From Nitrospirota bacterium (GTDB lineage Bacteria > Nitrospirota > UBA9217), in NCBI GenBank assembly GCA_963751455.1, contig CAVVUN010000012.1, positions 160,001 through 224,000 of the forward strand: 64,000 bases of DNA. Direction: 5' to 3'. Below, one piece after another: positions 10,836 to 21,519 of this stretch. A program made the position numbers and the translations under genes. The notes under the pieces were generated by a model. It saw only the letters and a program-made list of their open reading frames with translations. It was not told where the DNA came from and ran no database searches. Position 1 is the stretch's first letter, and each line of letters starts with the position of its first letter.

Positions 10836-11876
10836 TTATCTGCTTGCAGTCATGAAAATGATCACTTCTGAAGCATCGCGAACGGTGGTGATAGATTTCT
10901 CCGGTATGCCCGCCTGTAACAGGGTATTGTGACTTTCTTCCACGGTCCGCTGATGAAAGCCGTCCCAGTCCACGAACCAGTGATATTCCTGTGCCCGGTA
11001 GCGGCGGCAATCCTTAAAAGACGTGATGAGCTTCCCTCCAGGATTAAGCAGACCGTAGAGGGAGGACAGCAACGGGACGAGAACGTCGTCCTTCAGGTAA
11101 TCGAAGAAACCTACGCTGTAAATGATGTCCTGCTGCCCGAATTCCTTGAGATTCCGTTCGTGGTTTATCATCTTGAAGGCGTTATATTTACGATAAACCG
11201 TCTGCTCCGGCGGTATGCCCGCGTAGCCGATCCGGTCCCGGGAAAAGGCAAGGGCATCGGAATCGTAATCGACAAACGTGAACCGCGCTCCCGACGCCAC
11301 GATCTCAGGAGCCAGTTCGAAAACCTCGCGGCAGGACCCGCAGGCAAGATCAAGCACTTTTGGAGCGAGCCTTCTGCCGAATTCCTTCTTCAAAAGAGAC
11401 CGCAGCATATTTTTCCTGTCCCTGACCGCGCCGGGGAGCGTTGTCCCGAGAAAATAGCGGTCAAGATAATAACCCACGCCGTCAGACTTAGGTATGTTTC
11501 GGTAGACACCCTCCAGAGTTTCGAAGTCCCCGGCGTACCCCCGCGGCCATGTCCTGGCTCGGCTCATGAAATAACTTTTTGAGAAAAGCTCCCCGGTCCG
11601 CTCCCGAAACGAGATCTGCGCTTGTTTTATTGCAGCCTTGTTCAAGTTGACGCTGTGTTCAAACTCCTCACAAGCATCGCCCATCTCTATAATCGCCTTT
11701 GTTGTAGCGATAAGAAGCTCGTCCAGGCTCGCGTGGGCCTCTGCGCTCCTTCGGTCAACATACTTCAATTGTATTATGAACTCATCAATAGCCCTATTCA
11801 GGCGATCGCTGTTCAGTTCCTTTTGTTCCCCCGCCAGTGCCGTATGTAATCCTACTTTGTGACTATATTTTTCCAT
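10836..11876 (-). CDS. Class I SAM-dependent methyltransferase, PhcB-like
   Basis: WPRGYAGDFE motif, SAM motif VLDLACGSCRE, YSVGFFDYL, LNPGG. Confidence 0.75.
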   Translation of the reverse strand: MEKYSHKVGLHTALAGEQKELNSDRLNRAIDEFIIQLKYVDRRSAEAHASLDELLIATTKAIIEMGDACEEFEHSVNLNKAAIKQAQISFRERTGELFSKSYFMSRARTWPRGYAGDFETLEGVYRNIPKSDGVGYYLDRYFLGTTLPGAVRDRKNMLRSLLKKEFGRRLAPKVLDLACGSCREVFELAPEIVASGARFTFVDYDSDALAFSRDRIGYAGIPPEQTVYRKYNAFKMINHERNLKEFGQQDIIYSVGFFDYLKDDVLVPLLSSLYGLLNPGGKLITSFKDCRRYRAQEYHWFVDWDGFHQRTVEESHNTLLQAGIPEKSITTVRDASEVIIFMTASR

Positions 11877-12009
11877 AGAACCTCCTGTAACGCGTTTCTT
11901 TGAGCCTTAGGGTACCAGGGTAAAACCGCGTAAAAGTCCGCTGGTCCATCGAAAATCAGCCCATCGGGCAAAAGGCTAGAACAGTTTAAACAATAGTTTT
12001 GCAAAAGTC

Positions 12010-12025
12010 GGTGATTGAGATCACA
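12010..12025. promoter_or_regulatory. Crp/Fnr-family-like site between divergent genes
   Basis: GGTGA-N6-TCACA, one mismatch to TGTGA-N6-TCACA. Confidence 0.4.
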
Positions 12026-12148
12026 TTCTTCCATCTAAGTACTGAAATATTTTTGTCGTACAACAATTCAAAAATACAGGAGAGCTTGCTTTTTCAGTTC
12101 TCCGTTCTCCAATTTCTATAGGTGTAAGATTATAAAGAGAGGTACACA

Positions 12149-14225
12149 ATGAATAAGACGCGCGTTCTTATTATCGAAGACGACCTCCTCGCGGCTGATA
12201 CTTTAAAAGAACTGCTGTGCGGAACAAAGCCGCTCCGCTTTTTCCTGCACAGCAGTCGAGAGTCTGTCTCATGGGCTTGGCTATCTGAAAAAAGGACAAT
12301 TCGATATCGTTCTGCTGGACCTCGGTCTCCCGGACAGCACGGGAATTGAGACTGCATCCAGAGTCAGAATGCAGTTCCCGAAAATACCGATCATCGCGCT
12401 TACGGGCCTTGCCGACGAAGACACGGCCGTGAAAGCGCTGCGCATGGACATCCAGGAGTATTTAATTAAAGGGCAAACGAACAGCGCTCTTCTCACCCGC
12501 TCCATACGCTATGCGATTGAACGGAAGCAGGCGATCGAGGAATTACGCGAGAGCGAGGAGCGGCTGCGCGAAGCTTTTGCTCACGCGCCCGTGGGAATGG
12601 TCCTGACCGATCCGGATGGACGGTACCTGTATACGAACCGCGCGTATCAGGAGATTGTGGGATACAGCGAGCAGGAGCTGCGCCAGCCTGATTTCGATTT
12701 CAGGCGGCTTACCCATCCGGAAGATGTTGAAGATAATATCCGGGCAATGAAGCGGCTGCTTTCGGGGGAAATACCGGCTTTCTTTATTGAGAAACGGTGT
12801 GTCCGCAAGGACGGCGGTATCGTATGGGTACGGTTAAGCACGTCAATACGCCGCGACGCCGAGGGCCGCCCGTTTCAGCTTGTTGGCCTTATTGAAAATA
12901 TCGATGAACGCAAACGCCTGGAGAGCAGAATACAACATATGGCGCATCATGACTCCCTGACGTGCCTGCCTAACCGGCGTCTTTTCCAGGAGGTCGCCGG
13001 CATCGAGCTGGCGCAGGCGCGAAGAAACAGAAAGAAGCTTGCGACGTTCTTTCTCGATCTCGACCGCTTTAAGGAAATCAACGACACGCTGGGGCATAAA
13101 ATCGGTGACGAACTGCTCATGGAAACCGCCGCCCGGTTGAAGGCCGTCATCCGAACGTCCGATACGGTCGCCCGGATCGGCGGCGATGAGTTTAATCTGC
13201 TGATCCCCGATATACGTCACCCCGAATACTCTTCGGAAGTGGCGCAGAAAATTCTGAACGAAATACGAAAACCTTTCAGGATCAGGGGCCATGAACTGAA
13301 CATCACCGCGAGTATCGGCATCAGCATCTATCCCGACGACAGCGAGGAGATCGACACGCTCCTGCGCTACGCGGACATTGCCATGTACTATGCCAAGGAA
13401 CACGGCAGGAACAGATATCAGTTCTACAACCCGGTCATAAATACCCGTTCGCTCGAACGCTCTAATTTCGAGGCCAGCCTTCGCCGCGCCATCGAGCAGG
13501 CGGAGTTTCGCCTCTATTTCCAGCCCCTCGTCGACATCGTGACCCGCAAAATCGTTTCCGTCGAAGTGCTCCTGCGATGGCAGCACCCCGAACGAGGACT
13601 GCTTTTACCGGGACAGTTTTTTCGAGAAGCAGATGACAGCGGTCTGATGGGCGAGATCGATGAATGGGTGCTGAAAGCCGTGAGCGTCCAGATAAAGACC
13701 TGGCTGAACGAGGGGCTTTCGCCTGCTTGCATTACCATGAACGTCTCTGCGACGCAGTTTAAAAGCCCTGATTTTGTAAGACGAATCTCCGGTATTATGG
13801 TAGAAACCGGGCTGCCTCCCCAATGCCTGGCCATCGAGATTGCCGAAGCAACGGCGATGGAAAACATAGAAAACACAACCGAACTCGTCCAGGAGCTGAC
13901 GAAAATAGGCGTGAATGTATCGATCGATAATTTCGGCACCGGATACTCTTCCCTGAACCATCTGAGGCGCTTGCCTGTCCGGAAATTGAAGATTGACAGG
14001 TCCTTTGTCCGGGACATTACCACGAACTCCGATGACCAGGCAGTCGTAACAGCAGTGCTGTTGATGGCGCATACGATGAAGTTGAAGGTCGTGGCCGAAG
14101 GCGTGGAGGGCATTGATCAGCTCAAGTTCCTGCAAACGCTCCAGTGCGATGAGGCGCAGGGATTCTTGTTCGGCCGGCCGTTGCCGGCTGAAAGAATCGG
14201 GGAATTGGTGGGTTCGGCAAAATAA
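12149..14225 (+). CDS. REC-PAS-GGDEF-EAL protein with a +1 frameshift in a T5 run at ~12239-12243
   Basis: REC start MNKTRVLIIEDD continues in a second frame as FDIVLLDLGLPDS into ORF 12369-14225. GGDEF, EVLLRW and DNFGTG are present. Confidence 0.88.
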
Positions 14226-14397
14226 AGTAAGGCGGAAAGGGCCTGGCGGAACATGGGTCAAAGAGTACCGGACTGATAGTGGAAGAGAACGTTGAGCGTA
14301 ACGTACTTTGATACGATTATTCTTCTCATATCACAGCAACCATGACCAATAATATTGAAACACACGTTCAGCGTTGCGGCATACCTCGCAAAATCGG

Positions 14398-15426
14398 TTA
14401 ATACGCGGGCTTCTTCAGGGACCTGAAACTTACAAGGTTCTGCTGTTTCTCATCCCACAGATTCAGAGAAAACGACTTGAGGCTTTTGCGGATGGTCAGG
14501 GGCTTCACGGTTTGCAAAATGTGCGATGCATCGTAGCACTCCTGCAGCTTATAGTTGGGAATTCGGGGCAGAACATGGTGAACATGGTGGAGCCCGATAT
14601 TGCCGCTGAACCACTGAAGCACTTTTGGGAGCTTGTAGTAGGAGCTCCCTTTCAAAGCAGCCTTCACCGGGTCCCAGTTCTCGTGGCGGGACCAATACAC
14701 TCCATCGAACTGATGTTGAACGTAGAAGAGCCACACACCCATGGCCCCTCCAACCAGGAGTACCGGCAGCTGAATCAGCAGATAGGTTCTGAATCCGATC
14801 AACAGGCCGGCTGCTGAAACGATCGCTAAAAGAGCCAAACTGGTAACTATCGCACTGCGGCGCTCTTTCTTCCCGTCCCACAGGTGGAACAATCTCTGCG
14901 CAATTAAAAAAGAGTACCCCGGGCCGATTCCGAGAAAAACCAAAGGATTGCGATAGAGCCTGTAGGCCCATTGCATCTTACGCGAAGAAGCCTGATACTC
15001 CTCAATCGTCAATGTCCAGACATCACCCACACCCCTGCGATCCAGGTCCGCATAAGAGCCATGGTGGACGAGATGATTGTGCTGCCAGTAGGTAAACGGC
15101 GTAAAAGTCAATATGCCTGTCACATACCCCACGACCGTATTGGCCCGCTGCGAGGTGAAAAAGGAATTATGGGTGCAATCGTGGAAAATGATAAATATAC
15201 GCACCAGAAAAAGGGACGCGAGGAAAATGAGCGGAAAGATCACCGCAAAAGGATATTTTCGATCCAAGAGGTAAACGAGGATCATCCACAACGCGATGTA
15301 AGGGATTAAGGTGTTGATCAGCTGCAGGATCGACTGTCGCAGGTCGGCTTTGGCGTACTGCGACACTGTTTTCCGCAAAGAGTGGATTGTCATTGTATCG
15401 GCGATTCCGCCTGCATCCTCAAGCAT
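14398..15426 (-). CDS. Membrane fatty acid desaturase (Bacillus Des-like)
   Basis: His boxes HDCTH, HLVHH and HHVHH, plus FYVQHQF; RBS GGGGAGG before ATG 15426. Confidence 0.92.
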   Translation of the reverse strand: MLEDAGGIADTMTIHSLRKTVSQYAKADLRQSILQLINTLIPYIALWMILVYLLDRKYPFAVIFPLIFLASLFLVRIFIIFHDCTHNSFFTSQRANTVVGYVTGILTFTPFTYWQHNHLVHHGSYADLDRRGVGDVWTLTIEEYQASSRKMQWAYRLYRNPLVFLGIGPGYSFLIAQRLFHLWDGKKERRSAIVTSLALLAIVSAAGLLIGFRTYLLIQLPVLLVGGAMGVWLFYVQHQFDGVYWSRHENWDPVKAALKGSSYYKLPKVLQWFSGNIGLHHVHHVLPRIPNYKLQECYDASHILQTVKPLTIRKSLKSFSLNLWDEKQQNLVSFRSLKKPAY

Positions 15427-15506
15427 ATCGCACCTCCCCAGGGAAGAAGCACGACGACCAGGCTTTCCCGCACGTCTATAATACAAGTATAATATAAACA
15501 AAGTTA

Positions 15507-15650
15507 GTGGAGCCCCCTCCGGCAGGAGCCGGAGGCTCCCTTGAACAACGCGACCTCCCGGGACTGCGCACTCGCGCTTACCGACTCGCAAGTGCGAGTA
15601 AGCGCTTTCCACCCCCGGCGGAGCCGGGGGATGCCAAGTCGCGGGATTGC
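15507..15650. repeat. GC-rich multi-hairpin element, possibly an IS200/IS605-derived non-autonomous remnant
   Basis: Hairpins CCTCCGGCAGGAGCCGGAGG and CCCCGGCGGAGCCGGGG resemble IS200/605 subterminal palindromes; CGCTTAC..GTAAGCG lies between them. Confidence 0.4.
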
Positions 15651-15726
15651 TGTAATTTCCTGTAAACTTAACAACCCGGTCTTGCAACTCTTTAACTTTT
15701 CCGGATGCCGGCGGAGGGCAGATTAA

Positions 15727-17244
15727 CCTTAACGTTGCATAAAAAATCGCTATGCGGCCCGTTGCAATCGGTCGAGATAATGCAACAACCCCTTTTTGAC
15801 TCGTGGATTGGCGTTCATTGTCAGAGTTAGCTTGCCGCCGGGCTGTGTCAGGCGGCCGGCACGCTGTATAAGTGTTCTTCGCAGGGTATTGGGCTCCGTG
15901 AACTCCCAAAGAGCGGCCCGTTTTTCGGTGGTGCCCCGGTCGGGTTCATGCGCGACCATGTGAAGTTCCTTCAGGAGATTGTGCGAGATGATCGCCGACA
16001 TCATGTATAGCTGATTTCCGTGCAATCTTCTCACAGCCACGTAATCCATATTGCACTGGGACTTTAGCTCTCCAAGGATGTTTTCCTGAGAACCGCGGCC
16101 CTGATGGAAGTTCAGGACTTTCTTCACCGTCGTTGTTTTGTTTGTAACGATCACCTTGAAGTCAAACCCGTATTCGTGCGGCGTGAACATATCAAGCTGC
16201 ACCGGCTCTTTTGACTGCTTTTTGGCTTTTTGACGAATAAAAAGAAAGCGGAACCGGCTGTCCCAGCTTTTCGGCTTCCAGGGTGTGTCGAAATAGGAAA
16301 CAACGGAATCGTAACGCCTCCAGCGTTTTTTGGCTTCGATCATGTGTTTGAGTTCGGAGAACCGCTCAAAGGGGACCGAGATGGTGAACTCAATTCCGTC
16401 GCGCTCCAGCGCGCCGACGATTTCATCGCTGAAGAAAGCGCTGTCCATGCGCACTTCGATGACGATATCCGAACAGGTTGCACGCACCTGTTCGATGCAC
16501 GCAAGGATGAACGCCCGGGCGCCGTTGGAATCATGTACGTTACCCGAACGGGGCAGGACGTCAAGGACCATGCCCAACTGAGCGATCATGCAGAAAAGCG
16601 GATAATAGCTTCTCTGCCCTTTTTTCTTTTTGTTGAAGCCTACGGCGGCACCCTCAGCCCATCGGGAGGTCGAGAGCACAGAGCCGTCGAAATCAAGCGT
16701 CACGCGACGAAGCTTCAAACCCTGTATGCGGGAGAGCGACATTTCCCGGCAGAACCGACGAAGATTCAAAATGTCCTTTGCGTCGACCGTCATCAATGCC
16801 CGGCTGATCGTGGAAACGTCCGGCATTTTTCGGAGGCCCAGAAGACGAAGCGCCATAAGGTCGTCCTGATAGTATTCGATGTCGCGGAGTTTCCGATAAC
16901 CCAGCATCAGATGCACGATCAGCACGAGCGTAATGACGTGATTGCCGAAGATGGCGCTCGACGGTAGATGATCAAAGCAGCTTTTCAAGCGGGCTTTCAG
17001 ATTCAGCTTCGTGAAGAATGCCTGAATGATAGCAAGGCCCGCGTAGGAAGTGAGCTGTTGATCCTCGAACTTCAGTTCCGGTATTTTGTGAACGCGGCTT
17101 AGAACCTGTGCTTTACTGGACTTCACTTTCAGTGGCCTCCTGCTTGAGTGAAATAATGATATCGCAGGAGCACTATATCCAATAATGAAGCCTGTTTCCA
17201 GAGGTTTCTGCATATTTTCAAGAAATGTTTATGCAACTACAAGG
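15727..17244 (-). mobile_element. Complete IS1380-family insertion sequence
   Basis: TIRs CCTTAACGTTGCATAAA / CCTTGTAGTTGCATAAA, flanked by a TTAA direct repeat (15723-26, 17245-48). Confidence 0.9.
15750..17126 (-). CDS. IS1380-family DDE transposase
   Basis: LTSYAGL, TLDFDGS, RMDSAFF and RGSQENILGELK motifs; GTG start with AGGAGG RBS. Confidence 0.92.
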   Translation of the reverse strand: MKSSKAQVLSRVHKIPELKFEDQQLTSYAGLAIIQAFFTKLNLKARLKSCFDHLPSSAIFGNHVITLVLIVHLMLGYRKLRDIEYYQDDLMALRLLGLRKMPDVSTISRALMTVDAKDILNLRRFCREMSLSRIQGLKLRRVTLDFDGSVLSTSRWAEGAAVGFNKKKKGQRSYYPLFCMIAQLGMVLDVLPRSGNVHDSNGARAFILACIEQVRATCSDIVIEVRMDSAFFSDEIVGALERDGIEFTISVPFERFSELKHMIEAKKRWRRYDSVVSYFDTPWKPKSWDSRFRFLFIRQKAKKQSKEPVQLDMFTPHEYGFDFKVIVTNKTTTVKKVLNFHQGRGSQENILGELKSQCNMDYVAVRRLHGNQLYMMSAIISHNLLKELHMVAHEPDRGTTEKRAALWEFTEPNTLRRTLIQRAGRLTQPGGKLTLTMNANPRVKKGLLHYLDRLQRAA

Positions 17245-17355
17245 TTAAGAGTCAGTTCGGGCATTGGAGAAGGGTGTTGACACTGCACGGCTAAACAGGT
17301 AAACTATCCTCCATTCATTCAGCTTTTATTTCAGACGGTTTACAGGAGGACAGCC

Positions 17356-17559
17356 ATGGAAAAACCGAGCAAATCCGCAGAATCGCTGAAGGAGATCATC
17401 AACCAGGCGATCAGCGACCTCGAGATCACGCCTGCCGAATACGACAAGATCATGCACGCTGCGCACGCTGACGGGCATATCGACAGGGAAGAAAAGGCTT
17501 TGCTCGCCCAGTTCCATGATATGATCAACAACGGCACTATCAAGAGGGTGCGCGGATAA
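17356..17559 (+). CDS. Small helical hypothetical protein (ADGHIDREE, EF-hand/TerB-like)
   Basis: Strong RBS AGGAGG; 67 aa. Confidence 0.7.
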   Translation: MEKPSKSAESLKEIINQAISDLEITPAEYDKIMHAAHADGHIDREEKALLAQFHDMINNGTIKRVRG

Positions 17560-17633
17560 GGAAGCGTGCTCTCCGGCTTCAATTCGCCCTTCTGCCGCGC
17601 CTCGCTTGCTTATCAGATGAAAAGTTTTTAACA

Positions 17634-17699
17634 ATCTATAGAAACCACAGGTACGTAGATTAAGATAGTTGTGATCTTATCCGTATTCATCCGTGGTTT
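17634..17699. repeat. ATCCGTG-type REP-like element; related copy at 18458-18533
   Basis: The two copies share CTATAG.AACCA.AGGT...TTAAGA.AGT...TCTTATCCGTATTCATC.GTG and flank the receiver gene. Confidence 0.6.
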
Positions 17700-18065
17700 C
17701 CTGCCTTGACCTCATCGCTCTTCTGCATAGGATAATACCGTCTTAAGCATTACCCTTGTATTCATACTTCTTCCTTCACGACGACTGCGGACTACACCGG
17801 TTCGCAGTTAAAAAACCGCCTCTCGACTTTCCTGCGATTTCTTTCTAAACTTTAAACAGATCTGGGAAGTGCACTGCCTTCCGTTGAGCAAATTATTAAA
17901 AGAATGCAGGATAACTCTTTTCCCTTTTATTTTCTGCAATACAAATCACGAAGAGTTGACCGGTTTCTTTCTTTAAAAACCGTTGTTGACTTTGCACTTC
18001 GCAAGTCTTAATATGCCCACCCATTCTTCAATAAGTTCATTATTTTTTAAGGAGCTCTTTTAAAC

Positions 18066-18452
18066 ATGCTGAAAAAAGTTCTCATAGTTGATGATTCTGA
18101 ACCACTCCATCAGATTTACAAAATTACTCTGAAGCGTTACAAATGCGAGACCATCAGCGCATTAAGAAGAGAGAGCGGACTGGAGAAACTCACCGAGCAT
18201 CCCGGTGTGAACCTGATATTTGTCGATATGAACATGTCCCTGTCACGCACGAGCGGTCTTGAATTTATCAAGAGCGTCAAAGCACAGGAAGCCTACAGCA
18301 ATATTCCCATTGTTGTCATAAGCACCAGAGGCAGAGAAAATGACGCAGCGGAAGCTCTTCCCTTTGCGAACGCAAATCTGGTAAAGCCGTTCACTTCGAA
18401 TGAAGTACACAGGCTGATCGAAAAGCTGTTCCCCCGGGCTGCTTCTGCCTGA
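18066..18452 (+). CDS. Single-domain response regulator (CheY-like)
   Basis: VLIVDDS, FVDMNM, ST and VKPF motifs. Confidence 0.9.
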   Translation: MLKKVLIVDDSEPLHQIYKITLKRYKCETISALRRESGLEKLTEHPGVNLIFVDMNMSLSRTSGLEFIKSVKAQEAYSNIPIVVISTRGRENDAAEALPFANANLVKPFTSNEVHRLIEKLFPRAASA

Positions 18453-18565
18453 ACCCAACCTATAGGAACCATAGGTAAGCACAGGTTAAGACAGTCGGTC
18501 TTATCCGTATTCATCTGTGTTCATCTGTGGTTTAAAATCGCTATGCTTCATGCACGGTTTGAAGC

Positions 18566-18715
18566 TGCTTGCGGCCAGCGTTTATGGCCCTTGATTCCCG
18601 TCTCGCGTTTGAGGCGAGATGGTATATAACGGGTCTATAGCTCACCCTTGATTCCCGTCGCACGACTTGCACCCAGCGCATACGAGTGCGTAGCGCGAAT
18701 GCAGGGCGTTCTCAG
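18566..18715. repeat. Dispersed structured repeat; inverted copy at 57463-57600, partial copy at 10206-10256
   Basis: GCGGCCAGCG..GGCCCTTGATTCCCGTCTCGCG..GCGAGATGGTA and CACCCA.CG..CGAGTGCG.AGCGCGA..G.AGGG.G shared between sites. Confidence 0.7.
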
Positions 18716-18931
18716 TTCGATGGTCGACAAAGGGTCTAAGCAGTGCTCAGCGCGAATGCAGGCTGTGTTGATCCGTGGTTACATAGACGTTATCCCGCCT
18801 AATGCACCTCGAACCGATTTCTTATGTACTAAATTACTTTTTCATCCATAGGGCTTTCATACCCATGTTCAATTGACTTCAAAATTCACGGCGCTATATT
18901 AAACCACGGCCTGTTCATGAGCCCTGAAAAC

Positions 18932-19062
18932 AAAGGCCGTTTCTATCACGACGGGAGATTCGCAACACTTCTCGCCGTCGTCAATCATTACAATCGGTCC
19001 TGAGCTTGGGGTTGAGCGATACGGAAAAAAGCGATCTGGTTGAATATCTGAAATCGCTCTAG
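18932..19062 (+). pseudogene. C-terminal remnant of a cytochrome c peroxidase-like protein
   Basis: Translates as KGRFYHDGRFATLLAVVNHYN, then a frameshift, then LGLSDTEKSDLVEYLKSL*. Confidence 0.65.
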
Positions 19063-19126
19063 AGGGGATGAGGCCGGCCCGCTTCGGGCCGGCTCGATAC
19101 AGTCAGGATAACCGGCTGGGTGCTGC

Positions 19127-19624
19127 TCACTGCTTCTTCTCCGTGCCGCACCCCGGGTCCTTGTTCCGTTCCGCCAGCCGCAGCTCATGCCTGGCCTTGG
19201 CCTCGCAGTACCTGCGCCGTTCCTCCTCGGTTTCAAGGACAAGCGGCGGTACGGGCGCGGGCTTTCCCTGTTTGTCGATGGCAACGTAGGTGAGGTACGC
19301 CGACGCGGCATGACGCACGTTGCCGGTCATCAGGTTCTCGGCTTCCACGCGGACGCCGATCTCCATCGACGTCCTCCCTACATAATTGAGAGTCGCCTTG
19401 AAAAAAAGAAGATCGCCGACAAAGATGGGATCGTGGAAGTCCATGCGGCCGATGGACGCCGTGACAACGTTGCAGCGGGAGTGGCGGGCTGCCACCACGC
19501 CCGCGGCCTCGTCAATGGTCTTTACGACAACGCCGCCGTGGACATTCCCCGCAGGGTTCGCGTCCTGGGGGATCATCATCTGGGCCATCGTGACGCTGCT
19601 GTCAGATACGCGTTTTCCTTCCAT
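19127..19624 (-). CDS. Acyl-CoA thioesterase (hotdog fold, YciA-like)
   Basis: PQDANPAGNVHGG and VGRTSMEIGV motifs. Confidence 0.92.
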   Translation of the reverse strand: MEGKRVSDSSVTMAQMMIPQDANPAGNVHGGVVVKTIDEAAGVVAARHSRCNVVTASIGRMDFHDPIFVGDLLFFKATLNYVGRTSMEIGVRVEAENLMTGNVRHAASAYLTYVAIDKQGKPAPVPPLVLETEEERRRYCEAKARHELRLAERNKDPGCGTEKKQ

Positions 19625-19964
19625 GTAAGCTCCTTCCGGCAGCTACGGCTGTCATATACAATTATATCCTAAGCCAAAGCTACCCGTAACTAAAACACAG
19701 ACGATTTCGTTACTCTGAACCAGCCCCTGCAAAGCTGGCATTTTCAGATCTGCCGGCACACAATCCCGCGATATGCTGATGACGAAATATAGTTGAGCTC
19801 GGCTGAGCGCTTTTCTCTTGTGCGTCTTCGGTATGCTGAAACCACGGCTTTGAGCATGCTACAATAAATAAAAGAAAAATGTTTCGATTTTTTGATGACA
19901 AGCACATCTACGTTAGTTGTGCTTCATCATGGATATTTGCATGAAGATAAAGAAAATACGAACC

Positions 19965-21515
19965 ATGCGTAAAGACGTCGAATTCCCGCTGCCGTTACAG
20001 GGCCTTCCTCAGGAAGGCTCATCCTGCCTTCTCCGCTCCCTTGAACAGAAAAAAGCGGAACAACTTACGGGAACGATGGCGGAAAACTACGGGAAAAAAC
20101 TGGGGATGACCAGGCGGGAATTTCTGCGTTCCGGAGGCGGCATGGCCGTATGCTTCATGGCTATGAACTCGGTTTTCGGCCATTTTTTCTCCGTTGACCG
20201 GGCGGAAGCCTTCGACCCGGGGTTTGCGGAAGCCCGGCGTAAATCCCTCTCGGACCAGCTCATCTTTGACGTGCAGACGCACTTCGTGAGTCCGCATTAT
20301 TCTTCCAGGTCCCTTCTCGGCTTGCGGGAACTGGCAAAGCAATGGAACCCGAAGCTGCGCGGGGAAAAACAGACCCTGGACAAAATCCACTTCGATAATT
20401 ATTACAGGGAAATATTCGAGCAGAGCGATACGAAAGCGGCGCTTCTCACGAGCGCTCCCAATGACGACCCTGATCTGTGGTTTCTTCACAATGATGAGAT
20501 CGCAGCAACAAGGGAAAGAGTAAATGCCAGGGCTGGCGGAAAAATCATGTTTTCCCATGCGGTCTTCACGCCGGGACATCCCGGGTGGATGGACGAACTC
20601 GACCGGGCCATTGATCAGTACAAGCCCGATGCCTGGAAGGGCTATACTGTCGGCGCGCCGGCGTCGTCCTCAAAATACCCCTGGCGCCTTGACGATGAGA
20701 AGCTTGTATATCCGGCATATGAGAAGATGCTGAAGGCGGGCATCAGGAATGTATGCATCCACAAAGGACTGCTGCCGTCGTCATACAGGAAAAGGATGCC
20801 TGATACCTGGAAGTACGGCGGTGTGTCCGACGTAGGCAAGGCCGCAAAGGACTGGCCGGGAATCAATTTCATCATCTATCATTCCGGACTTGAGCACGGG
20901 GCGCCCCCCACCGCGCGTGAAGTCGGGGCGTTTGAAAAATCCGGGTCTATTCCGTGGATAAGCGATCTTGCAGCGGTGCCCGAAGCATACGGGGTCACTA
21001 ACGTTTACGGGGAAATAGGATCGACATTCGCCATTTCTGCGATCAGTCAGCCCCGTTACTGCGCGGGCATCCTGGGAACGTTGATAAACCTGAAAACGGC
21101 GGTTCGGGACACGGGAAAACCGGTAACAACGGATAAAAGCGGAAGAAGAATCAACTTCTCATTATGAAAAAGATTTATCCATTTGGTGAATGGCTCATGC
21201 TTGAATTTTTAATATTTTATCCGCCTTTTCCGCCGTTATCCGTGTCCAACTGCTGTTTCTAGGATAAAAGGGCTTGGGCCGCGCGGGGTCATCTGGGGCA
21301 CCGATTCCGTATGGTACGGGTCGCCGCAATGGCAGATCGAGGCCTTCCGTCGGCTGGAAATCCCTGAAGATTTACAACAGCGGTTCGCATTCACGCCTCT
21401 TGGTCCCGCAGAAGGTCAGGTGAAGAAAAGCATCTTCGGAGATAACGCGGCGGGTCTTTTCGGGCTTCAAATACCGCGCGCAATGAGTAAGCGAAGCGGA
21501 TTAAGCACGGGTTGA
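19965..21515 (+). pseudogene. Amidohydrolase-family protein interrupted by a MITE
   Basis: FDVQTH, WKGY and CIHKGL motifs. After the insertion the frame resumes as IKGLG..VIWGTDSVWYGSPQWQIEAFRR to TGA 21515. Confidence 0.88.
21089..21263. mobile_element. 175-bp MITE with CC-initiated TIRs and ATAAA target duplication
   Basis: CCTGAAAACGGCGGTT / AACTGCTGTTTCTAGG; ATAAA at 21084-88 and 21264-68. Confidence 0.9.
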
Positions 21516-21519
21516 AAAA

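Noticed and set aside
15507-15650. Group II intron D5/D6 remnant
   Set aside because: No D5 AGC/CGC triad hairpin consensus found on either strand.
15427-15909. N-terminal extension of the desaturase in the ORF track
   Set aside because: It runs through the IS end and the hairpin element; the RBS supports ATG 15426.
19770-19915. Fluoride riboswitch (CTGATGAC-like words)
   Set aside because: The 5' GGCGATG pseudoknot element is absent.
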